A DNA stretch of 64,000 bases. Source: Minisyncoccota bacterium (lineage in GTDB: Bacteria > Patescibacteriota > Minisyncoccia > UBA6257 > GWB1-50-10). Each line of letters starts with the position of its first letter. The stretch's first letter is position 1. The notes under the pieces were generated by a model. It worked only from the letters and a program-made list of their open reading frames with translations, was not told the origin of the DNA and made no database searches. Position numbers and translations under genes: made by a program. The stretch spans positions 233,625 to 297,624 of the forward strand of contig JAGVBB010000003.1 of the NCBI GenBank assembly GCA_020059915.1, written 5' to 3'. This document shows, in pieces, positions 1 through 9,983 of the stretch.

Positions 1-345
1 ATGAATTGCCAAAAGAATTTGCTCCATTGCCTGAGGTCCTTTTTCAAGTTCTCGAGGGACTCTAAGTTCAATAAGGGTATTCTTTTCTACCGCCATTTCT
101 TTTTCTTTAAACTGTTCCTGTTTGATAAAAAGATAGATTGGTTTTACTAATTCAAATAAAAAGAAGAATAACCAAATTGGCCAAGTAAGCTCAATGAATC
201 TAATAAAAATATTAGCGATTTCTCTTGGAGCAATAATCGGAACAGCAATAGAAACACCAACAAGTGTCAGAAATATCCAGATTTCTGCCTTTCCCAAAAG
301 TTCGGTAAAAGTGTCGCCAAAATGTCCTGAAACCTCGTTTAACAT
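1..345 (-). CDS. Partial (3'-truncated) membrane protein of a family conserved in CPR, often next to a VirD4/TraD-like ATPase gene
   Basis: Not in the ORF track; manual translation MLNEVSGHFGDTF...WPIWLFFFLF...LIELRVPRELEKGPQAMEQILLAIH runs off the window edge; TACAAT 7 nt before the ATG. Confidence 0.7.
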   Translation of the reverse strand, partial: MLNEVSGHFGDTFTELLGKAEIWIFLTLVGVSIAVPIIAPREIANIFIRFIELTWPIWLFFFLFELVKPIYLFIKQEQFKEKEMAVEKNTLIELRVPRELEKGPQAMEQILLAIH

Positions 346-455
346 CACCTATATTGTAGCACCAAAGCATCCGCTTTGGAATTGAAAAAATAATAATCAA
401 AAAATTAAAGCATTAATATAAATATCTCAATGTTAAATCTTAAATTTTTCAATAA

Positions 456-488
456 AAAACCCGCTAGTCTATGGACTAGCGGGGTTTT
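456..488. terminator. Hairpin CCGCTAGTC-TATG-GACTAGCGG with A/T tails (repeat family, copy 1)
   Basis: Inverted repeat directly after the stop of 490..1500; related copies at 13435, 17046, 63791. Confidence 0.7.
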
Positions 489-489
489 G

Positions 490-1500
490 TTATGCTTGTT
501 TTGTATGATATTTTCCACTCTCAAGGCGAGTAAAGTGCTTTCTATTTTGAAGACTAAGTAAAATAGTATTTTCTTTAAGAAAGCGTTGTTTATTCACCAG
601 TGTTACCACTTCATTTGAAGATAGTGGTCCATGTTTTTTCAATAATGTTGTAATTACCTCACGAACAGTTCCTGCTTCAAATCCATGTTCCTTTAAACCA
701 TAAATTCCTCTACCCACAAGAACAAAGCGCGTATCTTTAATGAGTTCATTGTGAACCGTCTGTATGTGTGCTTTTTTCTTATCGAGCCCAAAATCATTTA
801 TGCTTTTTGCAACTGATTCAAAGTGTAGTGGCTGACCATGTTTTTTTAAGACAAGATATGCCTTATCACGAATCGTTTTTGGTTCAATCTCTGGCCATTC
901 ACACAATCCAAGATCACCAAACACATTAATACCAAAATGTTTGGGAATCGCAAGTAAATGTTCACAACCCTTACATTCAGCAATATATGATTTTTCACGA
1001 AGGATCTGATTTCGATCTCCCCCCTTAAAAAATTGTGTCATCCTTTTCACAAAAGAAGTAAAACCATCCTTTGCTTCTTTTGAAGAATACCAATATGCAT
1101 GTGTAGAATCATCCTCTTTTGCATAATGTGGAACTCCTGCAGCGAGGAATAAAAAGCGAAGCTTTTCTGAAATATACTTTGCGTCAGACCCCTGAAGTTT
1201 TTCCTTCATTGCTGCAATAAACGTTTCATCAGATTCAACCCCCTGTAACGAATCAAGCCTCTTTGTCGCTAAATCAATTAACTCCTTTGCTTCCTTTCGA
1301 ACGCGATCTCTGAGTTTTGATAATAATTGCTCTTCAATTTGACGAACACGCTCTCGAGTAATGTTAAGCTCATCCCCAATTTCTTGGAGCGTAAGACGCT
1401 TTCCATTTTTTAAACCAAAACGACCAAAGGCAACCTTTTTTTGCTTTGGGTTGAAATCCTCGAATAAGGAATTGATAAATTGTTCTATATTTTGGACCAT
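490..1500 (-). CDS. Sigma-70 region 4-like HTH plus C-terminal HARE-HTH domain protein
   Basis: RFGL...TLQEIGDELNITRERVRQIE motif; C-terminal PLHF..HNELIKDTRFVLVGRGIYGL. Confidence 0.8.
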   Translation of the reverse strand: MVQNIEQFINSLFEDFNPKQKKVAFGRFGLKNGKRLTLQEIGDELNITRERVRQIEEQLLSKLRDRVRKEAKELIDLATKRLDSLQGVESDETFIAAMKEKLQGSDAKYISEKLRFLFLAAGVPHYAKEDDSTHAYWYSSKEAKDGFTSFVKRMTQFFKGGDRNQILREKSYIAECKGCEHLLAIPKHFGINVFGDLGLCEWPEIEPKTIRDKAYLVLKKHGQPLHFESVAKSINDFGLDKKKAHIQTVHNELIKDTRFVLVGRGIYGLKEHGFEAGTVREVITTLLKKHGPLSSNEVVTLVNKQRFLKENTILLSLQNRKHFTRLESGKYHTKQA

Positions 1501-1652
1501 AATTCGTAAATGTTGTCTACTGTTACCATGTTAATATACACTATTCCTGGTGTCAAGTCAACCCCGTGTGAAATTGAACAATCCTTGGTAGTTCTCTATA
1601 TTGGCTACACGATTCTAACGAATAGATAGGCGTATACAATCCATGATATAGG

Positions 1653-2552
1653 TTATTTAATACCCCGTTTTGCCCAAGAATAAAGAAGTGGACTCGCAAG
1701 AAATATTGATGAATATGTACCAAATATCGTTCCTACAAGGATAGTGAGAATAAAGTAATACAGAGAAGAAGGACCAAATAAGAGCATTGCAACCAAGACA
1801 ATAATGAGCGTCACCGTTGTATTAATTGAACGAGCAAACGTCTCTCGTACACTCACATTGATTATTTCTGCAAATTCATCCTTTCCCCGACGAGTAATAA
1901 GATTTTCGCGAATGCGATCAAACACAACAATTGTGTCATGAACAGAAAATCCCATAACCACAAGGAGGGCAACAATAAAATTAGTATCAATCTCTATCCC
2001 CTTCCACCATCCCAAAAGAGCAAGAAGTCCTGTAGGAATAATAACATCATGAAACAAAGAAATGAGTGTAGCAAAACCATATTTCCAAGAAGATATCGGT
2101 TTTGAAACTTTTCTAAATGCATATGCAATATAAAATGATATACCAAACAACACTAAAATAATTGCAGTAATAGCACGTTTTCGTAGCTCATCTCCTATAG
2201 TTGGACCAATATTAGAAAAGCTCAATTCAGTATATGTTCCAACCGAAAGTAATACTTCCTTATATGCCTCGTATTCCTCTTGTGTAGCATTAGGAAGTCG
2301 TAGAATAAAAGAATCCTCTTCTGTTTTTCGGATTGATTGCTCACCTTTCTGTTCTACCAACCGAAGCGCCTGACGTACTACGTCTTCTGAAATGCTCTTG
2401 TTTTCAAACGAAACCTCCCAACGCACGCCACCACGAAGATCTATACCCTGCTTCAAACCTAATGTTCCAATAAGCACAATGGAAAGAATAACCATTAATC
2501 CAGAAAATCCGAGAAAATAATTTTTATATTTGATTAAATTAAAGTTCTTCAT
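1653..2552 (-). CDS. secF: Protein translocase subunit SecF
   Basis: GIDLRGG, GFSVHDTIVVFDRIRE, RSINT, GTYSSIFLASP motifs. Confidence 0.96.
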   Translation of the reverse strand: MKNFNLIKYKNYFLGFSGLMVILSIVLIGTLGLKQGIDLRGGVRWEVSFENKSISEDVVRQALRLVEQKGEQSIRKTEEDSFILRLPNATQEEYEAYKEVLLSVGTYTELSFSNIGPTIGDELRKRAITAIILVLFGISFYIAYAFRKVSKPISSWKYGFATLISLFHDVIIPTGLLALLGWWKGIEIDTNFIVALLVVMGFSVHDTIVVFDRIRENLITRRGKDEFAEIINVSVRETFARSINTTVTLIIVLVAMLLFGPSSLYYFILTILVGTIFGTYSSIFLASPLLYSWAKRGIK

Positions 2553-2553
2553 G

Positions 2554-3825
2554 TTATTTAGTAAATAATTTAAGCATCATGCGCGTTGTTGTGATCGCGC
2601 TGAACATACTTATCACGACACCAACAAATAGGGTAAGGGCAAATCCCTGTACAAATCCAGAAGTAAAGAAATAAAGAACACCAGAGGTTATCATGGTAGA
2701 AATGTTTGAATCACGAATGGATGTCCACGCACGATGGAATCCTTCGTTAATAGCCACCGAATGAGCAAATCCCTTTTTGAATTCTTCTTGTGTTCTTTCA
2801 AATACAAGGATATTGGCATCTACCGCCATTCCAATAGAAAGAATAAAACCAGCGATTCCAGAAAGTGTCATAGTAACCCCCAAAAGCTTGAATAACCCAA
2901 GAACTAATGCGATATAAAATAGAAGTGCTACCGATGCAAAAACACCAAGTTTGCGATAATATGCAATCATGAAAAGCATAATAAGTACCGTTCCTATTGC
3001 TCCAGCGAAAATTGCCTTATCTAATGAATCCTGTCCGAAATCAGATCCAATCGTTTGTTGGTTGATGAGCTTTATTGGAGCAGGAAGTGCTCCAGCATTG
3101 AACCGTTCTACAATTTGTTTTGCGCGCTCTAAAGAAAACTGTCCGGTGATACGGGCACTCCCTCCAGATATTTTTGATTGAACGGTTGGGCAACTATCAT
3201 TGATATCCTCGGGAATAATCGGTTGTCCATCAAGAAATAAACATATTGGTTTTCCAATATTCTTTCCAGTAATTTCTTCAAAATGAGTTGCCCCTTCGTC
3301 ATTAAGTGAAAAATCTATCTCAATAACATTTGTCTGGGGGTCTCTCCCTAACGCCGCACGAGTCACATATCTTCCATTTAATGCGGTTGGCACAAAAGCA
3401 ACGGTGCTGGAACCATTTTCTAGTGTTGCCTCCTCCACCTCGCGGAACTCAAGAAATGGCGTTTCTCCAATCATGGTCACTGCCTTTTCCACGTCTTTAA
3501 TCCCCGCCAACTCAACGACAAGACGATTTGATTCTCCAACTTTTTCTCCGTATACCTTTGGCTCACTAACTCCAAACATATTCACTCGTTTCTCAATAAC
3601 ATCACGGAGTCCGCGCGCAACGATATCTTTATCTGCATCTTTAATCTGGGAAAGATCTATTTCATACGTAAGCGCTGTTCCTCCAGCAAGATCAAGACCC
3701 AAACTCCATGGTCTCCAACCATTTATCGTCTTCCATATGGGGTCATAAGAAAAAATTCCCGCAATGACGGATACGATAACAATAAACGACAAAAAAAGTT
3801 TTAAGCGATTTCGCTCATGTTTCAT
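2554..3825 (-). CDS. secD: Protein translocase subunit SecD
   Basis: LGLDLAGG, GALPAP, GMAVDANILVFER, GFALTL motifs; ATG at 3825 preferred over the ORF-track start 3843. Confidence 0.96.
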   Translation of the reverse strand: MKHERNRLKLFLSFIVIVSVIAGIFSYDPIWKTINGWRPWSLGLDLAGGTALTYEIDLSQIKDADKDIVARGLRDVIEKRVNMFGVSEPKVYGEKVGESNRLVVELAGIKDVEKAVTMIGETPFLEFREVEEATLENGSSTVAFVPTALNGRYVTRAALGRDPQTNVIEIDFSLNDEGATHFEEITGKNIGKPICLFLDGQPIIPEDINDSCPTVQSKISGGSARITGQFSLERAKQIVERFNAGALPAPIKLINQQTIGSDFGQDSLDKAIFAGAIGTVLIMLFMIAYYRKLGVFASVALLFYIALVLGLFKLLGVTMTLSGIAGFILSIGMAVDANILVFERTQEEFKKGFAHSVAINEGFHRAWTSIRDSNISTMITSGVLYFFTSGFVQGFALTLFVGVVISMFSAITTTRMMLKLFTK

Positions 3826-3893
3826 ACACAAAATAGTGTACACCGAGAATTAATAGATTGCAAAATCAATTTTCATCTCCATACAATTACTTT

Positions 3894-4739
3894 CTATTTT
3901 TTCATTACATCAATAAATCTCTCTGGGTCCACTGATATTCCATGTATCTTTAAAGAAAGGTGGAGATGTGGTCCAAATGAATATCCAGTATTTCCTACAA
4001 AACCAATCTTTTCACCCGCTCTCACCAACTCCCCATCTCCTTTTAATCGCTCATCAAGGTGCATATAAAGCGAAAAAACACCCCTACCATGGTCTATAAT
4101 AATGGTATTTCCATATACCTCATCAAAATAAGATTTTGATACAATTCCTCCAGAAATCGCATACACCTCACTTCCTTTTTTGGCCTTATAATCAATACCC
4201 CAATGCCTAATAATTGTTTTCCCCGTCTTTCTTATCTCCCCATATGGACTTGTAATTTCGTCTGCTGTAAGAAGTGGAGATTGAAATCGTTCATTAAAAT
4301 ATACAAACTCAGTTTTTTTTCCCACCACCTCGTCTATTGCAACCTTCTCTTTAGATAAATTTGAAACCAAAGTATCAGTAGTAAGTGTTGAGCCCTTCGG
4401 AATACCTAAAGAAACAGAGGGAAATTTTTTTGCTCTAATCCATATAGTACGCGTTGCGAGAGATCCATCAGAAAGTATTACATATAAAATATGTTTTTTT
4501 ATCGGTTCGTTCCCAGCGATAGGAATAAGTGCAACAAAATTGCCATTATATGGGAAAAAAGAAACAGATGCATTTTTAAAAAATGCATACGCTACTCCGG
4601 AATTTTCAAGCGTAACCCTAACTACGTCTCCTTGAAAGGGGCTATTTGTTGAAAGAGTGAGCCGTGGTTTTGATGCACCAAAAACAAATATAGGAGAGAA
4701 ACAAATAATACACACAATAAAGATGACTAACTTCTTCAC
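3894..4739 (-). CDS. M23 family metallopeptidase with signal peptide
   Basis: HWGID, YMHL, GNTG..FGPHLH motifs. Confidence 0.9.
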   Translation of the reverse strand: MKKLVIFIVCIICFSPIFVFGASKPRLTLSTNSPFQGDVVRVTLENSGVAYAFFKNASVSFFPYNGNFVALIPIAGNEPIKKHILYVILSDGSLATRTIWIRAKKFPSVSLGIPKGSTLTTDTLVSNLSKEKVAIDEVVGKKTEFVYFNERFQSPLLTADEITSPYGEIRKTGKTIIRHWGIDYKAKKGSEVYAISGGIVSKSYFDEVYGNTIIIDHGRGVFSLYMHLDERLKGDGELVRAGEKIGFVGNTGYSFGPHLHLSLKIHGISVDPERFIDVMKK

Positions 4740-4771
4740 CTATGTATACTAACGCATTATTTGTTTTAAAA

Positions 4772-5788
4772 CTACAAAATTAACATAGCATCACCAAATG
4801 AATAAAATCTGAATTTTTCTTGTATTGCAATAGCATACAAATCAAGAATATTCCGTTTCGCCCCCTTGTGTGTCAAAAATGCATCAACGAGATACATTAA
4901 GGATGACTCTGAAACATGAAAATTAGTAATTAAACCGGTAGCAACAGTGAACGTAAAAGGTTTTTTAATAAATAAGTTTGTTATTCCCTCTTGGTTTTTC
5001 GTTGCTCCATATGACTCAAGCGCTCTCATTGCCGTGGTGCCAACGGGAATAATATTACTCTGAGAATTATGTATTACTTCTATCGTTTTATCAGAAATAG
5101 AATATTTTTCACTATGAAGGTGTCCCGCCTGTAATTGTTCATCACTCACTGGTGCGAATGTCCCCATACCAACGTGGAGAATAATTTCAGAAACAGCTAT
5201 CTGTTTCTTTTTTAATGAATGGAATACGTCCTCTGTAAAATGTAGTGATGCTGTAGGTGCAGCAATTGATGCTGGAATTTGTGCAAAAATACTTTGATAT
5301 GAATTCCTCAATATTGTCTCAGAAAGATGGTGTTCTTTTATATATTTAGGAATTGGTGTATTTCCAAATTTTTCCAAAATAGAAATAATTTCATGTTCAT
5401 CAAAAAGACATTGTAAAATAAAAAACTGATTCTTTTGGTCAACAACCCTACACGACCTTCGATCAGGAAAATAAAGAATCTGCCCAATGGTTAATTTTCT
5501 ATCAGCAATTGAACAAATTTCTCTTCCTCCGTTATATTCATTTATCAAGAATAGGACCTCAACCTTTCCCCCAGTTTCCTTTTCCATATATACACGGGCG
5601 GGAACCACCTTGGTTTTATTAATAATAAGCGTACTATGTTCCGGAATATATATGGAAAGATTGTTAAACGTATCAAAATATACAGCGTCTGTTTTTGTAT
5701 CATAGACAAATAAACGCGAGGCATCCCTTGGTTCTGCGGGTTTCTGAGCAATTAATTCTTTTGGTAATTGGTAAAAATAGTTATTCAT
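4772..5788 (-). CDS. queA: S-adenosylmethionine:tRNA ribosyltransferase-isomerase
   Basis: LPKELIAQKP, AAPTASLHF, LHVGMGTF, VGTT, TNFH, RFYSFGDAM motifs. Confidence 0.95.
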   Translation of the reverse strand: MNNYFYQLPKELIAQKPAEPRDASRLFVYDTKTDAVYFDTFNNLSIYIPEHSTLIINKTKVVPARVYMEKETGGKVEVLFLINEYNGGREICSIADRKLTIGQILYFPDRRSCRVVDQKNQFFILQCLFDEHEIISILEKFGNTPIPKYIKEHHLSETILRNSYQSIFAQIPASIAAPTASLHFTEDVFHSLKKKQIAVSEIILHVGMGTFAPVSDEQLQAGHLHSEKYSISDKTIEVIHNSQSNIIPVGTTAMRALESYGATKNQEGITNLFIKKPFTFTVATGLITNFHVSESSLMYLVDAFLTHKGAKRNILDLYAIAIQEKFRFYSFGDAMLIL

Positions 5789-5977
5789 CCCGTTAGAGAC
5801 AGGAAATGGTTATAAAAAGAGAATCATAACCATGTCCTGTAGTGTGTGCAATGTATATACACGTTGTGTTGTCGTTTTTATTTTGTATAACCATTTCCGT
5901 CGTGATTATTATTTTTACATCCCAATGAACCAAGTATAAAACAATATATTTGATTGTCACCAAACGTCTCTAACGGG
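5789..5977. mobile_element. 189-bp MITE-like element, 12-bp terminal inverted repeats, 6-bp target duplication
   Basis: CCCGTTAGAGAC at 5789-5800 and GTCTCTAACGGG at 5966-5977; ATTCAT at 5783-5788 and 5978-5983. Confidence 0.85.
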
Positions 5978-7211
5978 ATTCATCCCGGTTATTACTATTG
6001 AGATCGCTAAGGGACTGCTTTTTAAATTCTGAAAAATTACCAACATGTATTGCATCTCGGAGATCTTTCATAAATGTATTGAAAAAAAATACATTGTGCA
6101 TGGTCGCATACCTACCCGCACTATCATCTTTTTCCTTGAATAATCGATAAAGCGCACCCCTTGTGATGCCACCTATACACGTTGGACACATACAACCATT
6201 AGCTAATGGCTCATTATTATCCAAATATTTTGTCTTCTTAATATCATATCTCCCAAAACGGGTCCAGATTCCTCCATGTCTCGCTTCGCGTGTTGGAATA
6301 ACACAATCAAATGTATCAATACCCCGTTCAACTCCATCCAATATATCTTCAATTCGTCCCACCCCAAGTAAATGCCTCGGCTTGTCATCAGGTAAATACG
6401 GAACGCTCCAATCAATAACATTCCTCATCTCCTCCTTTCCAAACGATCCACCAATAGCAAAACCATCAAATGGCATGCCACCGATGATCTTTGCACTTCT
6501 CTTCCTTAGATCTTCAAAATCGCCCCCTTGAACAATTCCATATAACAATTGCGAATTGTTTTTCTTTTTTTTAATACAACGTAATGCCCACCGATGAGTT
6601 CGATTCATAGCCCACGTTGTGTACCAATATCCATGTTTTGGAGAAGTACATTCATCAAATGCAAGAATAATATCCGCACCCAACTGCTCCTGAATCTCAA
6701 TAGACATTTCTGGAGTAAGTACTATAGGGTGTTTGTCACCGTATGATTCATCTATAAACCATGCTCCTGCGTTGGTAATTCTTACAGAATTCTTCTTATT
6801 TCGAATCCCAGCTTTTGCTCGCAATGCAAGAATAGCATCACCTATAAAACCATTTTTTTTATGAGAAAAGAAACCAACTTTGGAAACATTATGTTCCCGA
6901 GAAAACCCAAGCGAAAAAACTTGAAAACCTCCAGAGTCCGTCATAATAACTCCATCAAATTCCAATTTTTTATGCAATCCTTCAAAATGCTCGATCGACT
7001 CGCCTAATTCACGAAATAAATGATAGGTATTCGAAATGATCATTTGAGTTTTAGAATTTTTTATGTCATGAGAATTCAATGTTTTTACCGCACCCCGTGT
7101 TCCGACAACAACATATGAGGGGGTCTCAACAACCCCACCATCCTTCGTTTTAAGGATGCCCGTACGAGCACGTGTGTTCTTATCGCGTCCAGTTATAGAA
7201 AAAAAATCCAT
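5970..7211 (-). CDS. tgt: tRNA-guanine transglycosylase
   Basis: SNTYHL, TDSGGFQVFSL, GIVQGG, PRHLLGVG, DTFDCVIPTR, CxCxxC...H zinc site. Confidence 0.96.
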   Translation of the reverse strand: MDFFSITGRDKNTRARTGILKTKDGGVVETPSYVVVGTRGAVKTLNSHDIKNSKTQMIISNTYHLFRELGESIEHFEGLHKKLEFDGVIMTDSGGFQVFSLGFSREHNVSKVGFFSHKKNGFIGDAILALRAKAGIRNKKNSVRITNAGAWFIDESYGDKHPIVLTPEMSIEIQEQLGADIILAFDECTSPKHGYWYTTWAMNRTHRWALRCIKKKKNNSQLLYGIVQGGDFEDLRKRSAKIIGGMPFDGFAIGGSFGKEEMRNVIDWSVPYLPDDKPRHLLGVGRIEDILDGVERGIDTFDCVIPTREARHGGIWTRFGRYDIKKTKYLDNNEPLANGCMCPTCIGGITRGALYRLFKEKDDSAGRYATMHNVFFFNTFMKDLRDAIHVGNFSEFKKQSLSDLNSNNRDESR

Positions 7212-7262
7212 ATATACTCACTTAATCATCAACGTCACAAAATCTCAAGTAAAAATCCCCAC

Positions 7263-7655
7263 CTAAATAGTGGGGAAAATAACCGCGTGCCAACCATTAC
7301 AAAAATGGAGTCTATCAAATGGTACAGCAAAGCCTTTAGCAAAATGAAGAGCAACCTCAATTTTAAATGAATCAGCCGTAACTTTCCTGAATTGAATAAG
7401 TTCCTTAAGAGAATCCATTTCCTTGAGTAAATCTTTTTTTGAAATTTTTTCTTCAAGAAAACTCACGCGAAGTGCTCTCGCTTTCTTTTGGCACATATGT
7501 GAAACAAACATTTCCACATGACGTAAAACACGAATATCGTGGGGAATAATTCCAAGGGTTTTTGCACTGTTTGGAATTCCAGCTAAAAAATCATTTTTTT
7601 CGTCTGGAACAATTTTGTATTCATGCTTTCCAATGTTAAGAATTATTTCTGACAT
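7263..7655 (-). CDS. Hypothetical protein
   Basis: 130-aa ORF with GGAGG Shine-Dalgarno; 9 nt downstream of the CYTH gene. Confidence 0.6.
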   Translation of the reverse strand: MSEIILNIGKHEYKIVPDEKNDFLAGIPNSAKTLGIIPHDIRVLRHVEMFVSHMCQKKARALRVSFLEEKISKKDLLKEMDSLKELIQFRKVTADSFKIEVALHFAKGFAVPFDRLHFCNGWHAVIFPTI

Positions 7656-7664
7656 ATCGCCCTC

Positions 7665-8183
7665 CTAGGATAATTTGGTAAATGTAAGAATCTCTGGATA
7701 TGATTTAAATAATCGTGGACAATCATACACATCCAATACTTTTGAAAGTCTTACAATACTCCGTTCTGAACCCTCAATCTCAACAAATTTTTGTCCAGTC
7801 TCTAGCTCATCAAGTTCAACATGAGTATTTTTATTGACTTCCCAATGTTCCCTTCGTTTTTTATAAAAAAACTTTGGAACCAAATCCAAACAATTTAGGA
7901 GTCCTTCCACCTGTTTTTTGTCCGTAACAATAAACTGAAATTCGTCGCGGTTCTTTGCACGTGTGCTGTCTTTTAGATCACGCTTGCATGTTATTGAAAT
8001 TGAATGATTTCTCCAATCTCGTATTCTCAGTGAAACACCCCGAGCTCTCAGAGACTCATCACGAAAATCATAATATTGAGTTTCTTCCATTCCTTTCCAA
8101 ATGAGTTTCGCTCCGATTGCATCAAGTCTTTCCTTTACCTTAGTAAAGGTTTTTACTCCAAATTTCATTTCTTTCTCTTTCAT
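7665..8183 (-). CDS. CYTH domain protein (class IV adenylate cyclase-like)
   Basis: N-terminal ExExKF, LRIR, K.RDE, KRREHW, ELDEL...FVEIEG. Confidence 0.88.
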   Translation of the reverse strand: MKEKEMKFGVKTFTKVKERLDAIGAKLIWKGMEETQYYDFRDESLRARGVSLRIRDWRNHSISITCKRDLKDSTRAKNRDEFQFIVTDKKQVEGLLNCLDLVPKFFYKKRREHWEVNKNTHVELDELETGQKFVEIEGSERSIVRLSKVLDVYDCPRLFKSYPEILTFTKLS

Positions 8184-8268
8184 AATCTTCTCCGTTTGTT
8201 ATTAATTTTCTAACGTCATCCTATCAAGAAACATAAATAAAAACAAACCCCCATAGGGGGATTTATTT

Positions 8269-8772
8269 TTATTTAACACTGAGAAGTTCTACTTCGAATA
8301 CCAGTGTAGCATTTGGTGGGATCACATTTCCTGCTCCTTGCGATCCATATCCAAGATCTGGCGGAATAGTAAGTCGTCTCTTTCCTCCAACCTTCATACC
8401 AGAAACTCCCTCATCCCATCCTCTGATAACCTGCCCGACGCCAAGAGAAAATGTAAATGGTGTTCCACGATCAAGAGAGCTGTCAAATTTAGTTCCATCG
8501 ATAAGTGTACCAGTATAGTGCACCGTGACCACGTTTCCCGCTTTTGCCTCATCTCCCGTTCCAACCGCTATATCTCCAATTTGGAGTCCGCTTGGTAGTG
8601 TCTGCATTATTATATTTGTTTGTTCTTGCATAGATGTTTGTATTTGTTGGTTTGACTCAGGTAATAGTGACTCTTGCGTCGCGCTCTCTCGTGGTGTTTG
8701 TGTCCAAAGGACTATACCAACCCCCACAATGACAAGTGCAACAATAATTAATGTTGTTTTTTTATTGTTCAT
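8269..8772 (-). CDS. FKBP-type peptidyl-prolyl isomerase with N-terminal TM anchor
   Basis: [44 protein letters not shown]; start moved to ATG 8772. Confidence 0.95.
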   Translation of the reverse strand: MNNKKTTLIIVALVIVGVGIVLWTQTPRESATQESLLPESNQQIQTSMQEQTNIIMQTLPSGLQIGDIAVGTGDEAKAGNVVTVHYTGTLIDGTKFDSSLDRGTPFTFSLGVGQVIRGWDEGVSGMKVGGKRRLTIPPDLGYGSQGAGNVIPPNATLVFEVELLSVK

Positions 8773-8790
8773 CCGATACATTGTAGCATA

Positions 8791-9126
8791 TCAATCATCA
8801 CAATGAATAAGGTCACCAAGTTCTGTTTGTGTCTGTTCGATCGTACCCGCAGGAAATTCAAAAACCTTCTTATATTTTGGATTCCAAAAAAAGAATCTTT
8901 TTGGTCCCATATTTTTTCGTATCGAGCGAACATATCCGCTATCATCACAAACTGCACAATCAATGGGAAAACGCATACCAAACGTGTGTATCCCCCACCG
9001 CGTATCAAATAACATTGCATCGGTTTCAATAGCATCCAATAGCCCCCTCATTTTTTCCTCGTTTGTTTTTGCAATCTTTATTTCGTTATACAAAACCTTG
9101 TTTTTTGTCTTATTGAATACTTTCAT
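8791..9126 (-). CDS. DUF192 family protein
   Basis: A.T..EKMRGLL, IHTFGMRFPID, VFEFPAG. Confidence 0.85.
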   Translation of the reverse strand: MKVFNKTKNKVLYNEIKIAKTNEEKMRGLLDAIETDAMLFDTRWGIHTFGMRFPIDCAVCDDSGYVRSIRKNMGPKRFFFWNPKYKKVFEFPAGTIEQTQTELGDLIHCDD

Positions 9127-9983
9127 TATTTCAACAACTTTTTCATTATTTCAACATTTTTGATGTCAGGACCAGAACCATCAAATCCAGGGACCTCCAA
9201 AATCCACGGAATTGAGTGTAGCCGTTTGTCAGAAAATAACGCACGGAATCCTTCTTTCCCTATCTTCCCCTCACCAATATTTGCGTGCCTGTCATGATGA
9301 GAGCCAGAATCAGTCATTGAATCATTGGCATGAATTGCACAAAGATTTTGAATACCAATTTCCTTGTCAAATTCATCAAACAGCCTTTTCACCGAATTTT
9401 TTGTATAAGAGGTAACCCACCCCGCCTCAAATGCATGTGCAGTATCAAAACAAACTCCAAGCCGATCGGACTCCGTTTTTTGATACAATTCACCCATCTC
9501 TTTTATGGAATCTCCAACCTTATCCCCACCCCCTGCGGTATTCTCCATAATAAGCTTTGCCTTCCCAGGAACCCTATTAATTATCTCTTTCATTGCCTCT
9601 ATTTCTTGAATAAGCGCTTCTTCTCTCGTGATCCCCTTTGACGATCCAATATGGAAAATAAGTCCATGTGCTCCTATTAGTTCTGCAATTGAAAGATGAT
9701 CAATTAAACTTTGTTTCGATTGTAAAAAAATATCACTATTCCCACTTGCAAGGTTCACTAAATATGCAGCGTGCAAGAATACATGTGAAATTGAGTATTT
9801 TTTTATCCCATGTTTGAATTTTTCACACTCCTCTTGTGTTGGCATCTTTGCACGCCAAGAACGTGGAGATGCTCCAAATATTTGAATTGATTGAACTCCA
9901 AGTTTTTCTCCACGATCAACAGCGGTGTGGAGTCCACCTGCGGTAGAAACGTGAGCACCTAAAACAAATTTTGACATAGACAT
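9126..9983 (-). CDS. nfo: Endonuclease IV (AP endonuclease)
   Basis: GAHVS, HAAYLVNL, FHIG, ENTAG, CFDTAH, HANDS, DRHANIG, ILE. Confidence 0.95.
   Translation of the reverse strand: MSMSKFVLGAHVSTAGGLHTAVDRGEKLGVQSIQIFGASPRSWRAKMPTQEECEKFKHGIKKYSISHVFLHAAYLVNLASGNSDIFLQSKQSLIDHLSIAELIGAHGLIFHIGSSKGITREEALIQEIEAMKEIINRVPGKAKLIMENTAGGGDKVGDSIKEMGELYQKTESDRLGVCFDTAHAFEAGWVTSYTKNSVKRLFDEFDKEIGIQNLCAIHANDSMTDSGSHHDRHANIGEGKIGKEGFRALFSDKRLHSIPWILEVPGFDGSGPDIKNVEIMKKLLK

Noticed and set aside
194-400. ORF-track ORFs 194..385 (+) and 212..400 (-)
   Set aside because: They overlap the more convincing partial minus-strand CDS 1..345
5802-5898. preQ1 riboswitch upstream of queA
   Set aside because: No preQ1 consensus recognised; the hairpins lie inside an element with TIRs and a target duplication
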